Positions 41,080-50,311 of a stretch of 64,000 nucleotides of DNA are shown here, one piece after another (positions within the stretch are counted from its first letter, which is position 1; every line of letters begins with the position of its first letter). The notes under the pieces were generated by a model. The model was not told where the DNA came from. It searched no databases and saw nothing but the letters and a program-made list of their open reading frames with translations. The position numbers and the translations under genes were made by a program. This DNA is from an uncultured Lachnospiraceae bacterium (GTDB taxonomy: Bacteria; Bacillota; Clostridia; Lachnospirales; Lachnospiraceae): NCBI GenBank assembly GCA_934364805.1, contig CAKRMH010000004.1, positions 82,668 through 146,667 of the forward strand. Direction: 5' to 3'.

Positions 41080-43320
41080 ATGTATGAAACGATGAAGATT
41101 ATTAAGCGTAGCGGAAGCGAAGACGTATTTGATGCTGCAAAGATCGTTGCAGCGGTCAGAAAAGCGAATGAATCCGTCATCGATTACGAGAAATTAGGGG
41201 ATGAACAGATTCGGGAAATCGCAGACAATGTTGAGGTTGCCTGTGAGAATATGAAGCGTTCTCCAAGTGTGGAGGAGATTCAGGATATGGTGGAGAACCA
41301 GCTGATGAATCACCGTGCGTTTAATGTTGCACGTAACTATATTACGTATCGCTATAAGAGAGCACTGGTACGTAAATCAAACTCAACAGATGAACAGATC
41401 CTAAGCCTTTTAGAGTGCAATAATGAGGAAGTAAAACAGGAGAATTCCAATAAGAATCCGACAGTAAACAGTGTTCAGCGTGATTATATGGCAGGTGAGG
41501 TCAGCAAAGATATCACAAGACGTTTCCTGTTGCCTGAGGATATTGTGGAAGCACATGAGAAAGGAATGATCCATTTCCATGATGCTGATTATTTTGCACA
41601 GCATATGCACAACTGCTGTCTGGTCAATCTGGAAGACATGCTTCAGAACGGAACCGTTATTTCAGAGACCATGATCGACCGGCCAAAGAGTTTCTCGACC
41701 GCATGTAACATTGCAACACAGGCAATTGCGCAGATCGCAAGCTCCCAGTACGGAGGACAGAGTATCTCGCTTGCACATCTTGCACCGTTTGTACAGGTGA
41801 GCCGTGAGAAATTCCGTAAACAGGTTGCAGCAGAATTCGCAGCAATTGGCCTGGAACTCGATGAAAAGCGTATCAATGAGGTCGCAGAACTTCGCGTAAA
41901 GGAAGAGATTAACCGTGGCGTCCAGATGATCCAGTATCAGGTCATTACACTGATGACGACGAATGGACAGGCTCCGTTTATTACGGTGTTCATGTATCTG
42001 GATGAAGTAAAAGACCCGCAGACAAGAGCCGATCTTGCTGCAATCATTGAGGAGATGCTGCATCAGAGAATCAAAGGTGTGAAGAATGAGAAGGGCGTAT
42101 TTATCACTCCTGCATTCCCGAAACTGATCTATGTTCTGGAAGAGGACAATATTACCGAAGATGCTCCATACTGGTATCTGACAAAACTCGCTGCAGAATG
42201 TACTGCAAAACGTATGGTTCCGGATTATATTTCCGAGAAGAAGATGAAAGAACTCAAGGTAGACAAGAACGGAGAAGGACATTGCTATACCTGCATGGGA
42301 TGCAGAAGTTTCCTGACCCCATATGTTGATCCTGAGACCAACAAACCAAAATACTATGGCCGTTTTAACCAGGGTGTTGTAACCATCAACCTTGTGGATG
42401 TTGCATGTTCATCCGGAAGAGATATGGATAAATTCTGGAAGATCTTTGATGAGAGACTGGATCTGTGCTATCGTGCACTGATGTGCAGACACAAACGTCT
42501 GCTTGGAACACCTTCGGATGTAGCACCAATCCTGTGGCAGAATGGTGCGCTCGCAAGACTGAAGAAAGGGGAGACCATCGATAAACTTTTATTCGGTGGA
42601 TACTCAACAATCTCACTTGGTTATGCAGGTCTGTGTGAATGTACCCGTTATATGAAAGGGGTATCGCATACCGATCCGGAAGGAACACCATTTGCGCTGG
42701 AAGTGATGCAGCATCTGAATGATGCCTGCCAGAAGTGGAAAGAGAAGGAGAACATGGACTTCAGTCTGTATGGAACACCACTCGAATCCACAACTTACAA
42801 ATTCGCAAAATGCCTGCAGAAACGTTTTGGAGTGATCCCGGGTGTAACGGATAAGAACTATATTACAAACAGCTATCATGTTCATGTAACAGAAGAAATG
42901 AATGCGTTTGACAAGCTGAAATTCGAATCCCAGTTCCAGGAGTTATCTCCAGGAGGAGCGATCAGCTACGTGGAAGTTCCAAACATGCAGAATAATATTG
43001 ATGCGGTTCTTTCCGTGATGCAGTATATTTATGAGAATATCATGTATGCAGAGCTTAACACCAAGAGTGATTACTGCCAGGTGTGCGGATATGACGGAGA
43101 GATCAAGATCGTCGAGGAAGAAGGCTCAGGTAAGCTGATCTGGGAATGCCCAAACTGCGGTAACCGTGATCAGGACAAGATGAGTGTCGCACGCCGTACC
43201 TGCGGTTATATTGGAACACAGTTCTGGAATCAGGGACGTACACAGGAGATCAAGGAACGTGTACTTCATCTTTCTACTCCGGAATTTGATGCAGAGATGA
43301 ATCCAAACGCAGAGAAATAG
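41080..43320 (+). CDS. nrdD: anaerobic ribonucleoside-triphosphate reductase (class III)
   Basis: N-terminal ATP-cone (KIIKRSGSEDVFDAAKI), C-terminal Cys4 zinc ribbon (CQVCGY...CPNCG) and glycyl-radical motif RRTCGYIG. Confidence 0.9.
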   Translation: MYETMKIIKRSGSEDVFDAAKIVAAVRKANESVIDYEKLGDEQIREIADNVEVACENMKRSPSVEEIQDMVENQLMNHRAFNVARNYITYRYKRALVRKSNSTDEQILSLLECNNEEVKQENSNKNPTVNSVQRDYMAGEVSKDITRRFLLPEDIVEAHEKGMIHFHDADYFAQHMHNCCLVNLEDMLQNGTVISETMIDRPKSFSTACNIATQAIAQIASSQYGGQSISLAHLAPFVQVSREKFRKQVAAEFAAIGLELDEKRINEVAELRVKEEINRGVQMIQYQVITLMTTNGQAPFITVFMYLDEVKDPQTRADLAAIIEEMLHQRIKGVKNEKGVFITPAFPKLIYVLEEDNITEDAPYWYLTKLAAECTAKRMVPDYISEKKMKELKVDKNGEGHCYTCMGCRSFLTPYVDPETNKPKYYGRFNQGVVTINLVDVACSSGRDMDKFWKIFDERLDLCYRALMCRHKRLLGTPSDVAPILWQNGALARLKKGETIDKLLFGGYSTISLGYAGLCECTRYMKGVSHTDPEGTPFALEVMQHLNDACQKWKEKENMDFSLYGTPLESTTYKFAKCLQKRFGVIPGVTDKNYITNSYHVHVTEEMNAFDKLKFESQFQELSPGGAISYVEVPNMQNNIDAVLSVMQYIYENIMYAELNTKSDYCQVCGYDGEIKIVEEEGSGKLIWECPNCGNRDQDKMSVARRTCGYIGTQFWNQGRTQEIKERVLHLSTPEFDAEMNPNAEK

Positions 43321-43344
43321 GAATCCTAAATAAACAGATGATGC

Positions 43345-43377
43345 AAAAGACCGGAGATAAAACATCCGGTCTTTTGA
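43345..43377 (+). terminator. intercistronic hairpin/terminator between nrdD and nrdG
   Basis: AGACCGGA...TCCGGTCT stem followed by TTTT. It is located 25 nt after the nrdD stop and 19 nt before the nrdG start. Confidence 0.5.
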
Positions 43378-43395
43378 TGTATGAAAGGAAACATT

Positions 43396-43929
43396 ATGAA
43401 TTACGGACAAATTTATTATGCGGATGTTGCAAATGGGATCGGCTGCAGAACTTCACTTTTTGTGTCAGGCTGTACGCACCATTGCAAAGGCTGTTTTAAT
43501 GAGATGACATGGGATTTCACATATGGTCATCCATACACAAAGGAAACCGAGGATAAGATCGTGGAGTCTTTAAAACCATCCTATATTTCGGGTCTTACGA
43601 TTCTTGGCGGAGAACCGATGGAACTTTTAAACCAGAAAGCGATCGCACCACTGATCGACCGGGTGAAAAAAGAAGTTCCGCATGCATCCATCTGGATCTA
43701 CTCAGGATATAAATGGGAAGAATTAAATGACCCGGATAATACAAGATGTCATGGAGAATACACCGATGCGATTTTATCGCAGATAGATATTCTGGTGGAT
43801 GGAGAATTTGTAGAAGAGAAGAAAGACATTGCTTTAAGTTTCCGTGGCTCTTCCAACCAGAGAATCATAGATGTACCAAAGACATTTGAAGCAGGACATA
43901 TTGTAATCTCCGATTATCAGGTACGGTAA
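43396..43929 (+). CDS. nrdG: anaerobic ribonucleotide reductase activating protein (radical SAM)
   Basis: GIGCRTSLFVSGCTHHCKGCFN radical-SAM cluster motif. RBS AAAGGAAA. The track ORF begins 5 codons earlier. Confidence 0.85.
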   Translation: MNYGQIYYADVANGIGCRTSLFVSGCTHHCKGCFNEMTWDFTYGHPYTKETEDKIVESLKPSYISGLTILGGEPMELLNQKAIAPLIDRVKKEVPHASIWIYSGYKWEELNDPDNTRCHGEYTDAILSQIDILVDGEFVEEKKDIALSFRGSSNQRIIDVPKTFEAGHIVISDYQVR

Positions 43930-43958
43930 AATGAAAAAGCAGATGGAGGAAGCAGAAG

Positions 43959-45419
43959 ATGAACCGGTATGATATGAGACAATTTGACCCGAAAAGTTAT
44001 CCCTGGGATGAAAAAGGAAAGAAAACAGCAGTTCATTATATCGTATGGAGATGGATCGTATCGCTCCTGATCATGGCTGGAATTGTATATATGGCAGTTT
44101 CGACAAAACTGGAAATGCTTAGTTTTTCAGGGACTCTCTGTGAGATGCTTGCTTTTGTCGCATTGGACAGCGCATTGCTCCTGCTGATCGCCGGATTTTA
44201 CCGGTGGAAAAGCCAGAGACTTGAGCCGGAGGCACGGCATGACTTTCTTCTTCGGATCTATCGGAGAAACCGGAACAGAAGTGTCGTGATGGATAATCTT
44301 TCTTTGCTTGGTATGGCAAAGATCAAGGCAGAGCGCAGAGAATACGAAGCATGTAAAGATGCTCTTGCACTTGTAAAGACGGAAAAACTGCAGCAGCCAG
44401 ATCTGAAGCTTTACTATAAATTACAGATGGATGCGGCTATGTATACCGGTGATGTGGCAGCTGCGGAGGAATGGAGAGTACGTTTTACCGGAATCCAGGG
44501 AGAATTTCCGGCCGTAAGGAAATTCCATTCGATCAGAAACAGCCTGATCTTCCTTTTTGCGAGTTATTTACTGGCGTATAAAGGACTGAGTGTCGGACTG
44601 CAGGAGCCGTATGAACTGCGCAGCGCATATCAGATGTGGTCAGATCTTATGGTAGCGGTCGGCGGAGCAGTCTGCTGTGGCATCTGGATTGCACAGGTCT
44701 GGAAACGTTACAAGGCATGGAAACAGGAACACAACAGGAGAAATATATCCCAGATCCTGCTTATTGTCCTGCTTGTCTTTTTTGCACTGTTTTTCCTTAT
44801 TGTTGTTGGGGCGTTTGGAATCCTTAGTATTCCTGAGGAAACCGAAGTGGGAAGAGACGATAAGTATGTATATCTTGATGTATCCTATGGCACCGGTTAC
44901 TACATCTGGTCTGCAAAAGCGGATAATCCGTTTATCCGGGAGACATATTATAAAAATTCCGGTCTGTCTGATTCTGATAAGACAGATAAGGAAAGCAGAG
45001 GTTCCGATACAACAGGTGAGGAAAGTTCGGGTTTGAGTTCCGATGCAGCAGATGATGGAAATACGAATTCCTATCAGGATACCCAAAGCTCAAATGACAG
45101 CACAGAAGCAAAACAATATGAAACGGAAGAAAACGAGATGAATGCAGTGTGGCAATATCTTGTGTCGAATTCGGTGATCGAAGACCAGGGCTTTACGACC
45201 GACATGGATGCGAAAGGCTATACCTATGCGGTTGTCGGAAATGCGAAAGGAGACCGATTGGTTTTAAAAGGCAATGGCAGTCAAACAGACGACAACGGCA
45301 ATGCGTGCACCGAATATGTCCTGGAGCAGGAGGGCGGGGATCAGACAGAACTTCTCGGATTCTATCTGGTGAACCGCACGACGCTGGAGGTCACGGATGA
45401 ACATAAGACGAGCTGGTAG
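43959..45419 (+). CDS. hypothetical membrane protein (N-terminal TM pair, TPR-like middle, second TM pair, acidic Ser/Asp-rich low-complexity segment)
   Basis: Four hydrophobic helices. The region between them has helical-repeat character. No enzymatic motif. Confidence 0.5.
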   Translation: MNRYDMRQFDPKSYPWDEKGKKTAVHYIVWRWIVSLLIMAGIVYMAVSTKLEMLSFSGTLCEMLAFVALDSALLLLIAGFYRWKSQRLEPEARHDFLLRIYRRNRNRSVVMDNLSLLGMAKIKAERREYEACKDALALVKTEKLQQPDLKLYYKLQMDAAMYTGDVAAAEEWRVRFTGIQGEFPAVRKFHSIRNSLIFLFASYLLAYKGLSVGLQEPYELRSAYQMWSDLMVAVGGAVCCGIWIAQVWKRYKAWKQEHNRRNISQILLIVLLVFFALFFLIVVGAFGILSIPEETEVGRDDKYVYLDVSYGTGYYIWSAKADNPFIRETYYKNSGLSDSDKTDKESRGSDTTGEESSGLSSDAADDGNTNSYQDTQSSNDSTEAKQYETEENEMNAVWQYLVSNSVIEDQGFTTDMDAKGYTYAVVGNAKGDRLVLKGNGSQTDDNGNACTEYVLEQEGGDQTELLGFYLVNRTTLEVTDEHKTSW

Positions 45420-45524
45420 GGTAAAGAATGCGGACGTTTTCATTTGATGCAGTGATGAATGATCTAGGAATCAGTGAAGCAGAGCTTCTAAATTCGGAGG
45501 ATGTAGATATCGAATGATGTTTGA

Positions 45525-45558
45525 AAAAGGAACCGGAGTAATTCGGTTCCTTTTTATT
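45525..45558 (+). terminator. rho-independent terminator
   Basis: GGAACCG-gagtaatt-CGGTTCC followed by TTTTTATT. Confidence 0.7.
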
Positions 45559-45581
45559 CTCCGTAAATGAGGAAAATTGAG

Positions 45582-45718
45582 TCATTACACCGAAAAATAT
45601 ACGGATTTCGGCATAGAAAACTGCAGATTCTCCGTAGGAAAAAGAAAATACTTGATTACACCGCTAAATACGGAAAAACTGGCGGTGTAATCATATAGAA
45701 ATGGCAATCTACGGAGAA
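45582..45718. repeat. cluster of nested inverted repeats in intergenic region (possible structured RNA / regulatory element)
   Basis: CCGAAA..TTTCGG (45590-45610). Outer IR TTCTCCGTAG (45628-45637) / CTACGGAGAA (45709-45718). Inner perfect 11-bp IR GATTACACCGC (45654-45664) / GCGGTGTAATC (45682-45692). Upstream copy cATTACACCG at 45583. Confidence 0.5.
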
Positions 45719-45796
45719 AATGCCAATATCCTGCGTGTCATGGTTATCAAATTGGGCGTAAATAAAAGGAAACCCATCATAGCGCCTCTGATTTCC

Positions 45797-45997
45797 TTAT
45801 CTGAATTCTACGATGTCATTTGGAGAGCATTGAATGATATTGCAGAGCTTTTCAACGGTAAGCAGAGTAATATTTTTATTTTTTTTCAGATTATCGAGAG
45901 TTTTGTTGTCAATCCCGGATTTTAACAGGTAATATTGGGAAATCTCTTTTTCTTTCAGCGTTCTCCATAGAGGGTCGTAGCTAATAATGGTATTCAT
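45797..45997 (-). CDS. XRE-family helix-turn-helix transcriptional regulator (small, Cro/CI-type)
   Basis: 66 aa. YDPLWRTLKEKEISQYYLLKSGIDNKTLDNLKKNKNITLLTVEKLCNIIQCSPNDIVEF is a typical HTH_XRE domain. Confidence 0.7.
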   Translation of the reverse strand: MNTIISYDPLWRTLKEKEISQYYLLKSGIDNKTLDNLKKNKNITLLTVEKLCNIIQCSPNDIVEFR

Positions 45998-46048
45998 CTC
46001 CTTAAAATAAGATAAATCTATTATATGAAATCCCTTTTACTTCTTATA

Positions 46049-46089
46049 TTGTGAATATAATCACAATGCGGTATAGTGAATATATTCAC
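46049..46089. promoter_or_regulatory. twin palindromic operator sites in divergent promoter of XRE regulator
   Basis: TTGTGAATATAATCACAA (46049-46066) and GTGAATATATTCAC (46076-46089). Both have the form GTGA-N6-TCAC, ~25 bp centre to centre. Confidence 0.55.
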
Positions 46090-46120
46090 AATAAACAAGA
46101 GATAGAAAAGAGGAATACTA

Positions 46121-46533
46121 TGAATCGAAAAAAATTAATTATGATTGTGGTCGCAGTTGTTCTGGCAGTGCTGATAGCCGGAATTGGTGGATATCTGTAT
46201 GTGGATCATGAAAAGACAGCAAAGGAAGCCGAAAAGGTTGAGAAACTGATTGATGCAATCGGGTATGAAGATAACGGAAGCGGGACGGAAAAGGTGGATG
46301 CTTCTGAGGAAACAGAGACAAGCAGTGATACCGAGAGCGTTGCGGTTGCTGTTGATACAGAATCAGATCACGGAATTACACTGGATAGTGAATCTGATAT
46401 CGCAGCTGCACGCTCAGCATATGATAAGGCTTCAGAAAAGGTTCAGAAAAAGGTAAGTAACTATGACACCTTAAAGAAGTCAGAAGCTCAGTTAGAGACT
46501 TTAAAGACAGAGGTTGCATGCCGTATCGTGTGA
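46121..46533 (+). CDS. small membrane-anchored acidic protein, hypothetical
   Basis: RBS AGAGGAA. Single N-terminal TM (LIMIVVAVVLAVLIAGIGGYLYV), then an acidic S/T/E/D-rich region and a coiled-coil-like tail. Confidence 0.5.
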
Positions 46534-46973
46534 CATTAGAAGATGCGAAGGAGGCTCTGGGCATTACCGAAGAAGAAAATGAAATGAATAACATGCATTA
46601 CATAAAGCAGAAAGGAAGTAATGGCTGGGGCATTTCAGAGAAATTCCCACATATTGATTCTTCCACTGGCAATATTCATATTGCATTTGATCCGATGAAA
46701 TGGGATGGGAAGATCCATCAGCTGATCCTTGTAAAAAGGAGAAGCAATTCGCATCTTGGACCGGCATTGATTGGAAAGACGAATGCGGAATTTCCTCAGT
46801 ATGTGGATGCAGGGGAGAAGGACAACGGAAATTATATCATCTACGATCATGGAAAAAGATCCGGCGTTGTTGTGCCACAGGATTGCTATTATCCAATGCT
46901 GGGCAGTAAGTCCGATGAGACAAAACAGGATTTTTCAGATATGTTTGAAGCCTTTCAGAAGCAGATCAGATAG
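46518..46973 (+). CDS. hypothetical protein (possibly C-terminal part of a frameshifted gene together with 46121..46533)
   Basis: 151-aa ORF in the +1 frame relative to the upstream gene, overlapping it by 16 nt. No recognised domain. Confidence 0.4.
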   Translation: MPYRVTLEDAKEALGITEEENEMNNMHYIKQKGSNGWGISEKFPHIDSSTGNIHIAFDPMKWDGKIHQLILVKRRSNSHLGPALIGKTNAEFPQYVDAGEKDNGNYIIYDHGKRSGVVVPQDCYYPMLGSKSDETKQDFSDMFEAFQKQIR

Positions 46974-46977
46974 AATA

Positions 46978-47010
46978 GAAAAAGAACCGGCAAGTCCGGT
47001 TCTTTTTTGC
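46978..47010. terminator. bidirectional rho-independent terminator
   Basis: GAACCGG-caagt-CCGGTTC flanked by an A-run and TTTTTT. Sits between convergent genes. Confidence 0.75.
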
Positions 47011-47810
47011 TACAGATCTAAAACTTCCAGATCATCGGGAATAAAAAGGCTGCCGTGGAAATAGCGTGCTCCTTCTTTGGTATACAAATCCTTGCGGTTC
47101 TGGATATGTTTATCTTCTGTATGATATAAAAGAAGATTGGTTACATGCATCTGCGTTGCAAGCTCACATGCGTCTTTTACGGTAGAGTGATGCTTCTCAT
47201 AAGGAGAGAAGATATCGGCCTCAGAGTAGAGACAAAATGCTTCGTGTAACAGCCAGGTGCAGTCTTTTACGTAGTCGAGCTCATATTCATTGTATGGCTC
47301 ATCTCCGCAACAGGTCAGACGTTTTCCGTCTCCAAGATCCATGCAGTAGCCAAACTGTTTATCTTTGGTAGAGTGGATATCGAAGAATGTAACTTTTTTA
47401 TCAAGGATTGTCTTTTCTTCCCCATCGGTTACGGTGACAAGGTGAATGCGGTCATCGATAAATCGTGTGACTTTGGTCTGAAGCAGTGTTTCAGACATTG
47501 ATCGGAGGATACGGATTACTTCATCGTGTCCATAGATCGATGCATCACCCTGATAAGTTCCTTTATTCATATTCTGGCCGATGACACGGATCAGCCACAC
47601 AATGCCAAGAATATGATCGATATGCTTATGTGTGACAAAGATCTCGTGGATGTCGTTTACCGCAATATCTGCCGCTTTCAGCTGATGGAGAAGACCGCTG
47701 CCTCCTCCACCATCCACAAGCAGATGTCTGTTATTTTCACTGAATACATAGCAGGTGTTATAGCAGTCTGTAACAACTGCGCAGCCTGTTCCAAGCATAG
47801 TTAATTTCAT
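47010..47810 (-). CDS. MBL-fold metallo-hydrolase
   Basis: HxHxDH motif (VTHKHIDHILG) and downstream His/Asp ligands. Confidence 0.75.
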   Translation of the reverse strand: MKLTMLGTGCAVVTDCYNTCYVFSENNRHLLVDGGGGSGLLHQLKAADIAVNDIHEIFVTHKHIDHILGIVWLIRVIGQNMNKGTYQGDASIYGHDEVIRILRSMSETLLQTKVTRFIDDRIHLVTVTDGEEKTILDKKVTFFDIHSTKDKQFGYCMDLGDGKRLTCCGDEPYNEYELDYVKDCTWLLHEAFCLYSEADIFSPYEKHHSTVKDACELATQMHVTNLLLYHTEDKHIQNRKDLYTKEGARYFHGSLFIPDDLEVLDL

Positions 47811-47830
47811 AAAGGATTCCTCTTGGTGTT

Positions 47831-49639
47831 TTATGCAGCTTTCTCATCGGTAAAGTAGATCTGATACCAGAGAAGGAAGATGTATACACACCAGATCTTT
47901 TTATAGTTATCGTGTTTGCCGGAGCAATGATCCTCGATCAGATGTTTTACGTAGTCAACATCAAATAATTCGGATGCGATCGGCATTTCAAGCGCTTTTA
48001 AGATATCTGCTTTGACATCGTCATCCTTGATCCACTCGCGGAGCGGAACCGGGAAGCCAAGCTTTTTCTTATTGTATGCTTCGGTTGGAATGACATCACG
48101 GCTTGCTTCGCGGAGCAGATATTTTGTGGTGCCATTATGAAGCTTCTCGTCTAAAGTCAGCTTTCTGGCTGTCTGATATACAGAAAAATCACTGAATGGC
48201 ACACGGCCTTCAATGGAGGAAGCCATTGTCATGCGGTCTGCCTTGGTGAAGATATCTTTTTCCAGCCACAGACGGATATCAACGATCTGCATTTTACTTA
48301 CGTCATCTAAGTCCTCGTAGCCCTTTAAGATCTGACGGGAGATCTCTTTGTTGGTCATTGGATTTTTCACTTTGGTGATTTTTGCCATTTCCTTCTCGGA
48401 GAATACAGAGTTTACACCGATATATCCATCTTCGATCTTTCTGCCTTTGCGTACAAGGAAGTTTCTTCCACGGAAAGGAGGGAAGAGGGAGGCGAAGGAG
48501 CCGATCGCATGACGAATCACATATGGAACTTTGTCATAAGCGGAGATCTGGTTATAAGTATTGTATCCGCCGAAGAACTCGTCAGCACCTTCTCCGGATA
48601 AGACAACTTTGACATCCTCACTGGCACGTTTGGCAACGTGGTAAAGTGAGATAGCAGAAGGATCTGCAAGCGGCTCGTCCAGATGATATACCGCATCACG
48701 CAGGGATTTGAAATATTCTTCCTTTGTGATGATCTTCTTATGGTTTTCAATGCCGAGCTTGTTGCACAGATCTTTGGCATATTCCAGCTCGCTGTATTTT
48801 TTCTCATGGTAACCGATCGTGTAGGTATCCGAAACCTTGGATAACGATACCAGGTAAGAGGAATCGATACCACTGCTTAAGAAAGAACCAACCTTAACGT
48901 CACTGAGAAGATGATGGTCCACGGAGTTTTTCATGGTCTTCTGGATCTCTTCTTTGGTTGTTCCTTCACCGGTCATTTCCATGCGGAAATATTTACGTAA
49001 AGACAATCTGCCCTGACGGTAAGTGAAGCATGTTCCGGCTTCCAGACGATGGATGCCTTTAAACATGGTCTTATCCACAGGAACATAGTTAAAACGCAGA
49101 TAAAGAGGAAGAAGCTCTTTATCAAGCTCCAGATGATAATCCGGATGTTTTAAGATGGCTTTTGCTTCGCTGGCAAAAATAAAGCTGTTTTCGCCGTGAT
49201 AATAATAAAAAGGTTTGATTCCAAAATGATCACGTGCACCGTAATACTGATCGTTTTGTACATCGTAGATCACAAATGCATACATTCCGCGCAGATGATC
49301 GACGAGGTTTTCTCCCCACGCCTGATAGCCTACAAGGAGTACTTCACTGTCACTGGTTGTCTGGAATGTATAACCCTGGGCAGAGAGCTCTTCTTTGATC
49401 TCCAGGTAGTTATAGATCTCGCCGTTGAAAACAAGTACGAGTTTTTTATCCTGGCTGAACATTGGCTGTCCACCAGTTGCAAGGTCAATAATTGACAGAC
49501 GGCAGTGTCCAAGATAGCCGTTTGCAGTATGATAAGTTCCGTGTCCGTCCGGACCACGGTGTTTGATTTCATCAAGCATCGTATTGATAATGGATGGATC
49601 CTGATGTTTGGTATCCATAAATCCTGCGATTCCACACAT
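47831..49639 (-). CDS. asnB: asparagine synthase (glutamine-hydrolysing)
   Basis: N-terminal MCGIAGF (Ntn Cys2) and SGGIDSS PP-loop. Confidence 0.9.
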   Translation of the reverse strand: MCGIAGFMDTKHQDPSIINTMLDEIKHRGPDGHGTYHTANGYLGHCRLSIIDLATGGQPMFSQDKKLVLVFNGEIYNYLEIKEELSAQGYTFQTTSDSEVLLVGYQAWGENLVDHLRGMYAFVIYDVQNDQYYGARDHFGIKPFYYYHGENSFIFASEAKAILKHPDYHLELDKELLPLYLRFNYVPVDKTMFKGIHRLEAGTCFTYRQGRLSLRKYFRMEMTGEGTTKEEIQKTMKNSVDHHLLSDVKVGSFLSSGIDSSYLVSLSKVSDTYTIGYHEKKYSELEYAKDLCNKLGIENHKKIITKEEYFKSLRDAVYHLDEPLADPSAISLYHVAKRASEDVKVVLSGEGADEFFGGYNTYNQISAYDKVPYVIRHAIGSFASLFPPFRGRNFLVRKGRKIEDGYIGVNSVFSEKEMAKITKVKNPMTNKEISRQILKGYEDLDDVSKMQIVDIRLWLEKDIFTKADRMTMASSIEGRVPFSDFSVYQTARKLTLDEKLHNGTTKYLLREASRDVIPTEAYNKKKLGFPVPLREWIKDDDVKADILKALEMPIASELFDVDYVKHLIEDHCSGKHDNYKKIWCVYIFLLWYQIYFTDEKAA

Positions 49640-49933
49640 ATGATATTCTTCCTTTCATGTGTTCATAATGATTCCCATTATTACGGGAAAATAGTATTTT
49701 TACACCTATTGTCACATTATGACACAATTTTGTTTGAATTGAAACAGAAATGAATTAAAAATTAAGAAATTTTCATAAATGCGCTGGTGTACCTGCGAAA
49801 AGAAGGTGAATAGCATCTGACCGTTTATCTTGTTGAAGGTATGAAATTATGCTATAATACCATATGCTTTTTGTGAATGGGCGTCGTGCAGAGGATCGCA
49901 CGACATAGAATCAGGAGTTTGGGAGAGACTGTG

Positions 49934-50311
49934 ATGAAAAAGAGATGGAAAGTCATTCTGGCGGCGGCATGCTATATTTTCGGTGTGTCTGCTTCCATAT
50001 ATATTGGTGGCTGGCTGATGTTAGTAAAACCGGTCCGGCTTTTGATGTATGCTTATGGAACAGGTACGTTAAGCGTAAGGCTTCTTGTTTCCTGTATTGT
50101 TAAAATCGTATTGTCTACGACGGTTGCGGGACTTGTGTGGTGTGTCGGTTACATCGGATGTAATTATTTCAAAGGAACAGAGGATGAGTATGACCGGCTG
50201 CTCAGACAGGAACTTGAGCGGAGACACAGACAGCACGAACAGAGGCAGCAGGAACACAGACAGCAGGCAGAATTATATAATTATAATAAGGAAAGTGGTG
50301 CAGAAGGATGA
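49934..50311 (+). CDS. small membrane protein with H/Q/R-rich C-terminal tail, hypothetical
   Basis: Start at MKKRWKV after GGAGAG. Three TM helices, then the tail RRHRQHEQRQQEHRQQ. Upstream promoter-like TTGAAG-N17-TATAAT. Confidence 0.45.
   Translation: MKKRWKVILAAACYIFGVSASIYIGGWLMLVKPVRLLMYAYGTGTLSVRLLVSCIVKIVLSTTVAGLVWCVGYIGCNYFKGTEDEYDRLLRQELERRHRQHEQRQQEHRQQAELYNYNKESGAEG

Noticed and set aside
41662-42282. 206-aa minus-strand ORF inside nrdD
   Set aside because: The nrdD reading frame is unambiguous (ATP-cone, glycyl radical motif). This is a shadow ORF.
45701-45925. 74-aa + strand ORF overlapping the XRE gene antisense
   Set aside because: It overlaps the conserved HTH gene on the opposite strand and has no RBS.
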